A stretch of 64,000 nt of DNA from Spirochaetia bacterium (GTDB lineage Bacteria; Spirochaetota; Spirochaetia; SZUA-6; Bin103), in NCBI GenBank assembly GCA_965198005.1, contig CBDAOI010000003.1:512001-576000 (forward strand), in the 5' to 3' direction. The position numbers and the translations under genes were made by a program. The notes under the pieces are model-generated. The model was not told where the DNA came from. It saw only the letters and a list, made by a program, of their open reading frames with translations, and searched no databases. Shown in pieces: positions 18,464-27,806 of the stretch; position 1 is the stretch's first letter; each line of letters opens with the position of its first letter.

Positions 18464-19371
18464 GCCAACCTCCCGGCAACCAGGTTCTCGCCGGCCGTGG
18501 CGATGTCGGCCATCAATTCCGGCGTCGCCTCCAGGTACCAGTAGGTGTAGGCGGGGTTGGCGTGGCCGAGGTAGGTGGAGAGCGCGACCAGGTGGCGCGC
18601 CACTGATTCACGTCGGACCGCACAGCGTTGCAGGGATCTGGTGGCAAAGGTGTGGCGCAGATCCGCCAGGCGCGGGCGGCGCTGGCGGCCAGGAGCGATG
18701 CCTGTGAGCCGGATCACTTTTTGGAAGGTGGTACTGGCCATCGGGGTGGGGATGCGCCGGTGGTTCGCCGACACGAACAGATGGTCGTCGGCGATGGCGA
18801 CCCGCTGGCGCTCCTGCAAGTACGCAGTCAGAGCGTCGACCGAAGTCGCATGCAGCGGCACCAGGCGGCTCTTGGCGAACTTGGTTTGGCGGATGCGCAG
18901 GACAGCGTTGGGGAGCAGGTCGTCGAAGCGCAGGTCGAGTGCCTCCGAGACCCGCAGTCCGGTGGCCGCGATGAGCCCGATCAGGGTCGCATAGACGGGC
19001 CGGCGCAGCGCGTAGGAGCATGGCAGACGGTGCGCCGCCGCCAGCAGTTGGCCGATCTCAGCAGGCGTGTAGATGTAGGGTGGCTGGCGCACCACACGGA
19101 CATGGAAGTAGCGAGCTGGGGGTATCTCGTGGGTGGTGTCCTCGGCGTACAAGAAGCGGGCCAACAGGACAACGTCATGCAGTCGAACATGGCGCATGTG
19201 CGGCGAGGACGCCTGCGCTGCCCACGCCACGGCGGTAGTGGCGCGGACATGGGTGTCGCCCCTGTCGATGGCGAAACGTGCGTACGCCTGGAGATTGCGG
19301 GCTGTGTCCCGTAGCTTGTAGCCGAGGGTTCGCCGCAGTGCGAGATAGCGCTCTACGTGGTCGTTCAGCAT
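18460..19371 (-). CDS. Tyrosine recombinase RitB
   Basis: TGLRVSEA, TKFAKSRLVPLH, DLRHTFA and LSTYLGH..TYWY. ATG overlaps the RitA stop. Confidence 0.92.
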   Translation of the reverse strand: MLNDHVERYLALRRTLGYKLRDTARNLQAYARFAIDRGDTHVRATTAVAWAAQASSPHMRHVRLHDVVLLARFLYAEDTTHEIPPARYFHVRVVRQPPYIYTPAEIGQLLAAAHRLPCSYALRRPVYATLIGLIAATGLRVSEALDLRFDDLLPNAVLRIRQTKFAKSRLVPLHATSVDALTAYLQERQRVAIADDHLFVSANHRRIPTPMASTTFQKVIRLTGIAPGRQRRPRLADLRHTFATRSLQRCAVRRESVARHLVALSTYLGHANPAYTYWYLEATPELMADIATAGENLVAGRLA

Positions 19372-20605
19372 GATGGTGCCTCCGGCCACGGCTGGGCGAC
19401 CTCGCCCAGCAGGTCGAAGTCGATCTTGGCGTAGTGCGCGGTCGTGTTCGGGGAGCGGTGCCTCAGAACACTGCCGATACCGGCCAGGGACACCCCGCTG
19501 CGCAGCATGGCGGTGGCAGCTGAGTGGCGCAGCAGATGTGCGCCGTGGTGGGGCGCGTTGAACCTGCGCGACGTAGAGCTTTGCACACGACACCGGACAC
19601 GGCTTGTCGAGTCATCGGGCGGCGCGGTGCCACAGCCGAGATGAACACCCGTGCCACCGGCAACGGCGGTCGTCCGCGGCGCAGGTAGATCACGATGGCG
19701 TCGCCGACCTGCTGGGGAAGCGGCAGCCAGTATTGGCGCCGACCCTTGCCGCAGACGGCGATGCGCCCGTTCTGCCAGTCGATGGCATCGAACGTCAGCT
19801 CGGCGACCTCGCTGGCGCGCAGACCCAGCCGAGCGAGCAGGAGTACTACCGCCCGATCTCTGGCCCCAACTGCATCCTCATCGCTGCAGGCGTCGATCAG
19901 CTTCTCCAGATCCTCAGGCTCAAGGAACCGAGGCGTGGCGGCGAGTTGGTAGCACGCGAAGCGTGGCACCGCGTGCCGCAGGCCGTCGGAGCACTGCCCG
20001 GTGGCAGCGAGGAACCGCAAGAAGGCGCGCACTGCCGTAGCGATCAACTGAGCCGTTGCGACCTTATGACCGTCACACCGCGTTATCACGAAGCCGCGAA
20101 CAGCCGCGGCGCTGTAGTTCGCCGGAACAACTCCCAGAGCCTCGACGAAATCGGCTACGTAGCATTCGTAGCGGTCCATGGTGCTGTGTGTCACGCCCTG
20201 GTGTTGCAGCGTCCACTTCCGAAACTGCTTCAGCAACGGCCAGCGTTCGCTCGGCGGCAGTGGCTGCTGGGCAACCGCCAGGACGCCTCGCTCCCGCAGG
20301 AACCGGATGAACACCGCAGCGGCCGCCAGTGAGTTTCGGTTGGGACCCCGCTGATAGCGCACACGACCGTGCTCGGATAGCGAGGTCCGGCACGCCTCGT
20401 ATCCCGCCACGAACTCCTTATCAGTGAACGACTCCTCGGTGAGCCAGTCCGTCCATGCGGCCAAACAGCGCAAGATGAAACTGCGCGAGTTAGCCGGATA
20501 GCCGCGTTCCTGCAGCCAGTCTGCAAAGTCGTCGATGTAGGCGATCGCGGGTCCGGAACGGAGTCGCCGGCAAGTGATCGCCAACTTGAGGTGGTCTTCA
20601 AGCAT
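19365..20605 (-). pseudogene. Tyrosine recombinase RitA, frameshifted at about 19561
   Basis: LGLRASEV and GKGRR are in one frame; HLLRHS, LRH and TAHYAK are in another. Confidence 0.85.
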
Positions 20606-20771
20606 GGATGCCTCCTTGCTTGAAGGAGCGCGATAATGCGGAGTCTTGGCTACTGCAACTACCGGCTAGAACCGCCTGAACCCCATCAGATCAGCCATGC
20701 CCGCCATCTACTCCGCATTATCCCCGGCTCCGCATAGAGAACTAATGCGGTGCACCGCATTACTCAGTCTT

Positions 20772-21153
20772 TGTCGCTACCACCACCGGGCGGTGCACGA
20801 GGAGGGGTTTCAGGTGGTCTCTGGCGCGGATGGGCAGCTTGTGTTCCGGCGGCCGGATGGTACGCCGCTGCCGGCGGTGCCGGTGGCGCCTCGCTGGGAG
20901 GGGGCGCCGCTGGCGCCGACCGAGGCGCGGCTGCGGCAGGCGGGGATCACGATCGGCCCGCATACGGCGACGCCGGAGTGGTACGGGGAGTCGCTCGACC
21001 TGGCGGCGGCGCTCGACGTGCTTTGGGAACCGCCGCCGGCCGGCGGTTCATGACGGCCGCGCCACCTGCCGGCGGGACGCGCCCGCGCCCGCGCATGGTC
21101 GAGCTGGCACACGGCCGTGCTGCCTCGACCGGTCAATTTGAGACCTACGCCCA
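20772..21153 (+). repeat. Right arm of the inverted repeat: HNH gene 3' end (stop 21053) plus tail
   Basis: Mirror of 17000-17381. Confidence 0.9.
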
Positions 21154-22017
21154 AGCGAAGCTGAAGCGACGGCAGGAGGGAAGCCGCCGCAGGAGCCGGA
21201 AGCAGGACCGAAAGACAAGGACCAAGTGAACTTCACGGATGAAGAATCACGGATCATGCCGGGCGCGAACGGGGAGTTCATACAGGATTTCAACGCGCAA
21301 GCGGTGGTGGAGCAGGACAGTCACATGGTGGTGGGCAACCACGTCAGCCAAGCGGCCAACGACAAGCAGGAAGTGGCGCCGGCGCTGAACGAGTTGGGAA
21401 AGGTGGCAGACGAGCTGGGCAAGCCGGAGGCGCTGGTGGCGGATGCCGGGTACCACAGCAAAGAGAACGTGGAGCGGTGCGTGGAACAGGACATCGAGCC
21501 GTATATCGCGGGGAGCCGGGAACGCCACAACCGGCCGCTGGAAGATCGTCTCAAGGCACCCCCGGAGTGTCCTGCTGATGCGGATGCGGTGACGGCAATG
21601 CAGCATCGTTTGCAGACGGCTGAGGGGAAGGCGATCTATAGCAAGCGGAAGTCCACGGTGGAGACGGTGTTCGGGGTGATCAAGGAGGTGCTGGGATTCC
21701 GCCGCTTTCATCTGCGCGGGTTACGCGGCGCCGAGGGAGAATGGAGTCTGGTGTGCACGGCGTGGAATCTGAAGCGGATGTATGCTCTGGCAGGAGGATA
21801 AGTGGGATCAGTGGGTCCCGATGGTCGAGTTGTGGCGCCGGAACGGGCGCCGGAGCCACCTTGGAGGGTGTTGCTGGCATCACGACCTCCCGCAGGGCCT
21901 GCTTTGGGCACTCGACTGAGCGCAACCAAGCGCTGGCGAGCTAGGCGGCCGCCTACGGCGTTCCACTGGGCTCGCTCACTTCGTAACCCCGCGACCATGA
22001 CTCCGACAGGCTCCTAG
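21154..22017 (+). mobile_element. 3' remnant of an IS1182-family element (transposase fragment to 21801, end near 22014)
   Basis: DQVNFTDEESRIM, FNAQ, ADAGY, YSKRKSTVETVFGVIK and WNLKR motifs. Terminal CCGACAGGCTC followed by CTAG. Confidence 0.85.
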
Positions 22018-22071
22018 CGCCCCAAGACCGCCGCCGGTCGGCGCCGCGCTTGGCACATCCGGTCGGTTCGC

Positions 22072-22623
22072 CTACGAGTCTGTCGCACTCCGACACACTC
22101 CGAGGCGGGCGCGGATCTCCGCGGTCACCTGCTGCGGGGTGCGGCCGTCGGTGGCGATGGCGGTCCCCACCTGCGCGTACCAGCGGCGCCGTGCCGCCAG
22201 CAGTTCCTCCACTCCCGCCGCGCTGCCGGCCAGCAGCGGCCGCTCGCTGCTCCCGCCGATCCGCCGCACCACTTCCGCCGCGCTGGTCTCCAGATAGAAC
22301 GTGCGGCACTGATGCCGCAGGAAGCTGCGGTTGGCGGCGCGGGTCGGGGCGCCGCCGCCGGTGGCGATAACCAGCCGCCGGCTGCCGGCCAACCCCAGTA
22401 GCAGGCGCGATTCCAGGCGCCGGAACGCCGCTTCGCCGTCACGGAGAAAGATGTCCGCGATCGGGAGGCCGGCCTGCTCGACGGTCAGCTCATCGACGTC
22501 CACGAACCGGTAGCCGAGCGCGGCGCCCAGCAGCATCCCCACGGTGCTCTTGCCCGACCCCATGAACCCCACCAGCGCGACTCGATCCGGCAGCTCCATC
22601 TGCTCGTGCGGAGCCTGCCGCAT
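22072..22623 (-). CDS. aroK: Shikimate kinase
   Basis: GFMGSGKST, GEAAFRRLE, ATGGG and RPLL motifs. Start may be 22599. Confidence 0.93.
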   Translation of the reverse strand: MRQAPHEQMELPDRVALVGFMGSGKSTVGMLLGAALGYRFVDVDELTVEQAGLPIADIFLRDGEAAFRRLESRLLLGLAGSRRLVIATGGGAPTRAANRSFLRHQCRTFYLETSAAEVVRRIGGSSERPLLAGSAAGVEELLAARRRWYAQVGTAIATDGRTPQQVTAEIRARLGVCRSATDS

Positions 22624-22762
22624 TCGACGCGGCTGGACAAGACCGCACCCGCTGCACCTGCACCTGCACCTGCGCGCGCTGTACCGCAGCCCCTGCCGGG
22701 TGCGGCGCTACCGGGTCCGGCGCGCGGTAGCTGCGCGGGCGCCCGCGGGGTAGCATGGCCGG

Positions 22763-23656
22763 GTGTCGCACGCGCCGCTGGTATCGGTGGTGATCCCGAC
22801 CTACAACCGCGCGCACTTGGTGCGCGCGGCGGTGGAGTCGGTGCTGGCCCAGACCTACCGGCCGCTCGAGCTGATCGTGGTCGACGACGGCTCGACCGAC
22901 GCGACCGGCCGCGTGCTGGCCGCCTGCGGCAGCGTCCGGGTGGTGCGCCAGACCCATACCGGGATGCCCGGGCAGGCGCGCAACGCGGGCGCCCGGCTGG
23001 CGCGCGGCGAGTACCTCGCCTTTCTCGATTCCGACGATCTATGGCTGCCGCAGAAGCTGGAGCTGCAGGTGGCGGCTGCCACGGCCGGGGGCGAGGTGCT
23101 GCACCACACCCGCGAGCGGTGGGAACGGTCGGGGCGGGTCGTGTCGCAGCGCGCGCAGCGCCACCGGCGGTGCGGCGACCTGTTTCTCGACTCGCTGCGC
23201 AAGTGCGTGATCGGCCCGTCGACCGTGCTGCTGCGGCGCGCGGTGTTCGCGGCGGCCGGCGGGTTTCGCGAACACCTGCAGATCGCCGAGGACTATGAGC
23301 TGTGGCTGTGGCTGACGGCGCGCTACCCGGTCGGGTACCTGGAGCGCGCGCTGGTGATCAAACGGGCCGGGCACGGCGACCAGCTCTCGGAGCGGTACGG
23401 GCAGATCGAGATCTTCCGGCTGCAGGCGTTGCGCGCGCTGCTGGAGGGCGGCCGGCTGCCCGCGCACCGGCAAGCGGCCGCGGGCGCGGAGCTGGCGCGC
23501 AAGGCGCTGATCTACGCCGCCGGCTGCCGCAAGCGCGGTCGTCCGCAGGAGGCGCGCCGCTACGAGGAGCTGGCGGCGCGCTGGTCGCACCACTCCCGGA
23601 GCGTGCCGCTCAGCTCCGGCAGCGCGGCCGCGAACGCCGGCGCCGCCTGCAGGTAG
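22763..23656 (+). CDS. Glycosyltransferase family 2
   Basis: VSVVIPTYNR, VVDDGSTD, FLDSDD and EDYELW motifs. Confidence 0.92.
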   Translation: MSHAPLVSVVIPTYNRAHLVRAAVESVLAQTYRPLELIVVDDGSTDATGRVLAACGSVRVVRQTHTGMPGQARNAGARLARGEYLAFLDSDDLWLPQKLELQVAAATAGGEVLHHTRERWERSGRVVSQRAQRHRRCGDLFLDSLRKCVIGPSTVLLRRAVFAAAGGFREHLQIAEDYELWLWLTARYPVGYLERALVIKRAGHGDQLSERYGQIEIFRLQALRALLEGGRLPAHRQAAAGAELARKALIYAAGCRKRGRPQEARRYEELAARWSHHSRSVPLSSGSAAANAGAACR

Positions 23657-23742
23657 CCGTCCGGGGCGCCGGTGTCGGAGCAGCCTGTGCGGCCAGCGCC
23701 CTCCCGTTGACCGCATCGCCCCGGCAGGCGACCCTGAGCCCA

Positions 23743-24972
23743 ATGAAGATCTGGCTCAAGACCCTGCTGGCCGCCGGCGCCGGTATCGGGCTCGGAATCG
23801 TCCTCGGTCAGCGCGACACCATCATCACCGGACTGCTCCCGACCGCGGCGGAACTCGCGCTCCGGATCGGCCGGTACGCGGTGTTCCCCAGCGTCTTCTT
23901 CGGTCTGGTGATCGGCACGCACGAGTTGCGCGCGGGCGGCACCGGACTGCGGGTCTACGGCCGCCTGCTGCTCTATCTGGTCTGCAGCAGCGCGCTGCTC
24001 ACCGTGCTCGGCCTGGTGTCGGTGCTGGCCCTGGGCCCGAGCCGCATCCCCATCGGCATCGTCGAGCAGCCGTCGATGGACGTTCCGGGCGTGCTCGACG
24101 CAGTTGCCGCCACCATCCCGACCAACCTGTTCCAGGCGCTGGTGGCTGACGGCTCACTGCTGCTGCCGCTGGTGGTGCTGGCCGTCATCCTGGGTCTGCA
24201 CCTCGACCTCGACGGCGAAGTCACCCGGCCGGTGAGTGACCTTGCCGACGCGCTGTCGCGCATCTTCTTCAATCTCAATGCATTCCTGGTCGAAGTGTTC
24301 TGGATCGCGGCCGTGGTGATCGCCGCCGCCACCGTAGCCGGGCTCGGGGCGGTGGAGCTGGCGCTCTACCGGGAGCTGATCATCATCCTCGTGATCGACG
24401 TGATCGTGCTGTACATGGGCGTGTTCCCGGGGCTGCTGTACCTGCTCGGGGAACGCACCAACCCGTTCCGCTGGATCTACGCCGCGCTCGGGCCGGCGCT
24501 CACCGGCGCCGTCACCGGCGATCAATACGTGGGGCTCGGCTCGCTGGTGGTGCATGGGCACGGCACCTTCGGGCTGCCGCGCAAGCTTTCGTCCGCGGTG
24601 TACCCCTGGTGCGCGCTATTCGGCCGCAGCGGTACCGCCCTGGTGACCGCGGTGAGCTACATCATGATTCTTCGTTCCTACTCCAGCCTGGAGGTAAGCG
24701 CGGCTCAGGTGCTGTGGGTGGCGCTGTTCACCTTCCTGACCTCGTTCGCGCTGGCCGGCGTGCCGGGACTGGGGGTCACCGTCAGCCTGTCGATGCTGTG
24801 GGCGTTCGCCGGTCAGGGCGTACAGGAGGGATATCTGATCCTGCTGCCGATCGCGCCGCTGCTGATCAGCATCGGCGCCCTGCTCGACATTACGACCGCG
24901 GCGCTGATCGGACACGTGGTGGCCCGCGGCGAGCGCGGCGTGCGCCCGATTTCCGTGCGCGACTGGGTGTAG
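23743..24972 (+). CDS. Dicarboxylate/amino acid:cation symporter family protein
   Basis: Polytopic membrane protein with IPTNLFQAL, GRSGTAL and GVPG motifs. Confidence 0.75.
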   Translation: MKIWLKTLLAAGAGIGLGIVLGQRDTIITGLLPTAAELALRIGRYAVFPSVFFGLVIGTHELRAGGTGLRVYGRLLLYLVCSSALLTVLGLVSVLALGPSRIPIGIVEQPSMDVPGVLDAVAATIPTNLFQALVADGSLLLPLVVLAVILGLHLDLDGEVTRPVSDLADALSRIFFNLNAFLVEVFWIAAVVIAAATVAGLGAVELALYRELIIILVIDVIVLYMGVFPGLLYLLGERTNPFRWIYAALGPALTGAVTGDQYVGLGSLVVHGHGTFGLPRKLSSAVYPWCALFGRSGTALVTAVSYIMILRSYSSLEVSAAQVLWVALFTFLTSFALAGVPGLGVTVSLSMLWAFAGQGVQEGYLILLPIAPLLISIGALLDITTAALIGHVVARGERGVRPISVRDWV

Positions 24973-24976
24973 CGGG

Positions 24977-26191
24977 TTACAGGTAGGGGTGGTCGATCGC
25001 GGTCACTTCGCGCAGTCGGGGCGGCGCGGCGACCGGCGCGCGGCCGAAGCACACGCCCAGCGCCTCGTAGAACGACACCGTGTCCAGTGACACCTGGCGC
25101 TGGGCGATGGCCGCGGCGGTGGGCAGGTAGCGGACCTCGCCCGCGTCGCCGCCGGCCACGGTTACGCCGGAGATGCCGGCTGCCAGCAGGCGCACGGCGC
25201 CGGCGCCGATCTGGAGGCCGAAGTTGACGTCGAACGCGGTGGTCGCGCCGGAGCGCACCAGGTGGCTGGGAGCGAGGTCGCGCACCTCGGGGGTCTCGTA
25301 GATGCCGTCGACGTACTGGCCGGTGGCGCGCATGAAGGCGGCGGCCGCCGGATCGTCCCGCAGGCGCTGCTCCAGGGCGCGGCGCACGTACCTCCCGGCG
25401 CCGGCCAGCTTGCCGTGGCCGAACGCGTCCGTTCCGGCGCCGGCGTCGGTGATCAAGCCGCCCCCGGCGTCGCGCAGCCCTTCGGCCACCACGATGGTGC
25501 AGGTGCCGGCGCGCACGTCGCTCGTCCGCACCCGTTCGAACAGCCGCCCGGTGGCGTGCCGGTAGACGACGTCCAGGTCGGCCGCCACTTCCGGAATCAG
25601 GATGCAGTCGGCGTCCGCCGCGAGACCGCCGCGCAACGCGGTATGGCCGGCGTAGCGGCCGAACACCTCGGTAATCATGATCCGGTTGTGGGTCGCCCCG
25701 GTGGTCTTGGCGTCATTCACCAGGGCCGCGATCCGGTTGACCGCGGAGTCCCCGCCCACCGAGTAGGTCTGCAGATCGAGATCCATGGTCTTGGGCGCAT
25801 GCACGCAACGGATGCCGTGCGCGACCAGATCCACCACCACGTTGCCGGTGTCGTCGCCGCCGGAGATCACCAGCCCATCGAGGTCGTGGCGGGCGAGGCC
25901 GCGCGCGATGCGCGCATACTTGTCGGCATCCTCGATCCGGGAGATCTTCACCCGCGAGTGACCCGCCTCGGACCCGGCGCGCGCCGACTCGATCCGGTCG
26001 ACCCGCGGCCGGTCGAGGCGCACCAGACGGGCGAACTGCTCCAGGTTGTAGAGACCGGCGTACCCGTTGGGAATGACGTACGCCCCGATGCCGAGGTGCC
26101 GGCACGTCAGGGCAGCCCCGCGGATCACGCCGTTGAGCCCGCCGGCGTCGCCGCCGCTGGTAATGATGCCGACGTTGCGGAACTCCCGCAT
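24977..26191 (-). CDS. 6-phosphofructokinase, probably PPi-dependent
   Basis: TSGGDAGGLN, GGDDT, PKTMD and EVFGRYAG motifs. Confidence 0.9.
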   Translation of the reverse strand: MREFRNVGIITSGGDAGGLNGVIRGAALTCRHLGIGAYVIPNGYAGLYNLEQFARLVRLDRPRVDRIESARAGSEAGHSRVKISRIEDADKYARIARGLARHDLDGLVISGGDDTGNVVVDLVAHGIRCVHAPKTMDLDLQTYSVGGDSAVNRIAALVNDAKTTGATHNRIMITEVFGRYAGHTALRGGLAADADCILIPEVAADLDVVYRHATGRLFERVRTSDVRAGTCTIVVAEGLRDAGGGLITDAGAGTDAFGHGKLAGAGRYVRRALEQRLRDDPAAAAFMRATGQYVDGIYETPEVRDLAPSHLVRSGATTAFDVNFGLQIGAGAVRLLAAGISGVTVAGGDAGEVRYLPTAAAIAQRQVSLDTVSFYEALGVCFGRAPVAAPPRLREVTAIDHPYL

Positions 26192-26359
26192 GCGATGACC
26201 TTGCCGGCGCTCCCGCCGGCTGTCAACCGTGCGCCTGCGGCGTGCGTGACCTCGGTCCGGTGGCGCGCCGACTTCCACACCTACCGCGTCGACCGGCGGC
26301 GCCGGTTTCGGATCGTGCCCGACCGCTGGTAGATCGGTGGGCACAAGAAACTTTATGCA

Positions 26360-26457
26360 GGACGGCCGCCGCTCTCCTGGAAGCGACCCCCGTGCGCGAC
26401 GGCGACAACCTGATCCTGCCGCTGGGCGTCGGCCTGGTCGCCTCGCTGCTGCTGTAG
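26360..26457 (+). pseudogene. C-terminal fragment resembling a phytol/dolichol kinase (cytidylyltransferase-family) protein
   Basis: TAAALLEATPVRDGDNLILPLGV resembles the E..DNL..P C-terminal motif. No upstream body. Confidence 0.4.
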
Positions 26458-26598
26458 GTGCCCGGCGCCGCGCTGCCGGCGCTCGCGCGCTGCCCTGTGC
26501 GGTCGTTGATCGCCTGTCGCCTGCCGGGCGCCCCGGGCGCCATTGACAGGGCCCGCGGATCCGGTTAGCGTGGACGGTGCCGCGCGGCTGGCCACGGC

Positions 26599-26670
26599 GG
26601 GCGATTAACTCAGCGGTAGAGTGCTACCTTCACACGGTAGAAGTCACTGGTTCGATCCCAGTATCGCCCA
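26599..26670 (+). tRNA. tRNA-Val(CAC)
   Basis: GGGCGAT/ATCGCCC acceptor stem, CTACC-TT-CAC-AC-GGTAG anticodon arm, GGTTCGATCC T-loop. Confidence 0.95.
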
Positions 26671-26671
26671 T

Positions 26672-27721
26672 TCACCGCAGCTTCTTGCGCATCCGCCGCA
26701 GCATCTCCCGCCGCGCGTCGTTGTCGTTCGCCTTCGGTCCGGTCCGGCCGCGCTCCACCGCGGCTGGACCGGCGCCGAGGATGAGCAGCAGCGCCAGCCC
26801 CGCGATCACCATCACCGCACTGAGAATCTGGCCGGTGGTGAAATTCCAGAGGCTGAACTGCGCGGGAGTTCCCATCTGTACCAGCGCAATCGGGTACCCG
26901 AGGCCGACGTCGGGCTCCCGCAGGTACTCCACCGCGAACCGCGCCACGCCGTACCCGATCATGTACGTCACCAGCAGGAACCCGGGGAAGGGACGGTGCC
27001 GGCGCAGCACGAACCAGAGCAGCAGCCAGAGCACCACCCCCTCGAACAGCGCCTCGAACAGTTGCGACGGAAAGCGCGGCAGGTTGACCATCGACGTGTC
27101 CGCGTCGAGCGGCAGGCCGGCCGCGGTCGCCACCTCCCGCACCCACGGCTCGTCCACCGGATAGGAGGGAGCCTGGGGGAACACCACCCCGATCGGGGAG
27201 CTGGTGATGCGGCCGTACAGCTCACCGTTGATGAAGTTGCCCAGTCGCCCGAAGGTGTAGCCGAGCGGTGCGCTCGCCGCCAGCAGGTCTGCCACCTGCA
27301 GCACTTCCAACCGTTGCACGCGGCAGTAGATCAGCACCGCCGCCAGCGCTCCCACCAGGCCGCCGTGATAGGACATGCCCTGCAACCCGGTGAAACGCAA
27401 CGCGCCGTCGACCCGCTCGAACGGGAACACGATCTGCAGCGGGTTGCGCGCGTAGTATCCGGTCGGATCATAGATCAACACCGAAAACAGGCGCCCGCCG
27501 AGCAGCACGCCGATGATGCCCCAGAAGAACAGGTTGAGCACCGTGTCCTTGTTCATCTGAAGGTCACCGCGATCGGCCGCCGTGAGATGGCGGAACAGAC
27601 CGTAGGTGAGCGCGAACGCCACTAGGTACATCACCCCGTACCAGCGAATCGGCAGCCCCGGGATCACCTCCGGCCGCAACCAGGCGGGAAAGTTCACATA
27701 ACTAAGCACTTGTTCTCTCAT
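26672..27721 (-). CDS. lgt: Prolipoprotein diacylglyceryl transferase
   Basis: IRWYG, GMSYHGG, GRLGNFINGELYGR and PSQLFEA motifs. Start 27721 or 27709. Confidence 0.95.
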   Translation of the reverse strand: MREQVLSYVNFPAWLRPEVIPGLPIRWYGVMYLVAFALTYGLFRHLTAADRGDLQMNKDTVLNLFFWGIIGVLLGGRLFSVLIYDPTGYYARNPLQIVFPFERVDGALRFTGLQGMSYHGGLVGALAAVLIYCRVQRLEVLQVADLLAASAPLGYTFGRLGNFINGELYGRITSSPIGVVFPQAPSYPVDEPWVREVATAAGLPLDADTSMVNLPRFPSQLFEALFEGVVLWLLLWFVLRRHRPFPGFLLVTYMIGYGVARFAVEYLREPDVGLGYPIALVQMGTPAQFSLWNFTTGQILSAVMVIAGLALLLILGAGPAAVERGRTGPKANDNDARREMLRRMRKKLR

Positions 27722-27806
27722 TGTATCCCGATGCGGGCTATACTTCCTATACCACGCGTGCACCGGCCGGTGCGGCGGCCGCCGCCGCGAGGTGCAGGAG
27801 TTACCG

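Larger units (their letters stand above)
17391..20736 (-). mobile_element. RIT (Recombinase-In-Trio) element
   Basis: Three overlapping tyrosine recombinase genes. Imperfect terminal IRs: TAATGCGGTGCCCGGGGTAATGCGGAG on the left and TATGCGGAGCCGGGGATAATGCGGAG (reverse complement) on the right. Confidence 0.9.

Noticed and set aside
21097-21153. HNH tail as group II intron domains V/VI
   Set aside because: No recognisable domain V catalytic triad hairpin, no AY terminus and no reverse transcriptase.
17000-21153. Classical composite transposon bounded by the inverted arms
   Set aside because: No target-site duplication, the two flanks are different genes, and the arms encode no transposase.
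22652-22673. CTGCAC short tandem repeat (also CACCTGTGC at about 455-480)
   Set aside because: Short microsatellite-like duplications with no evidence of function.
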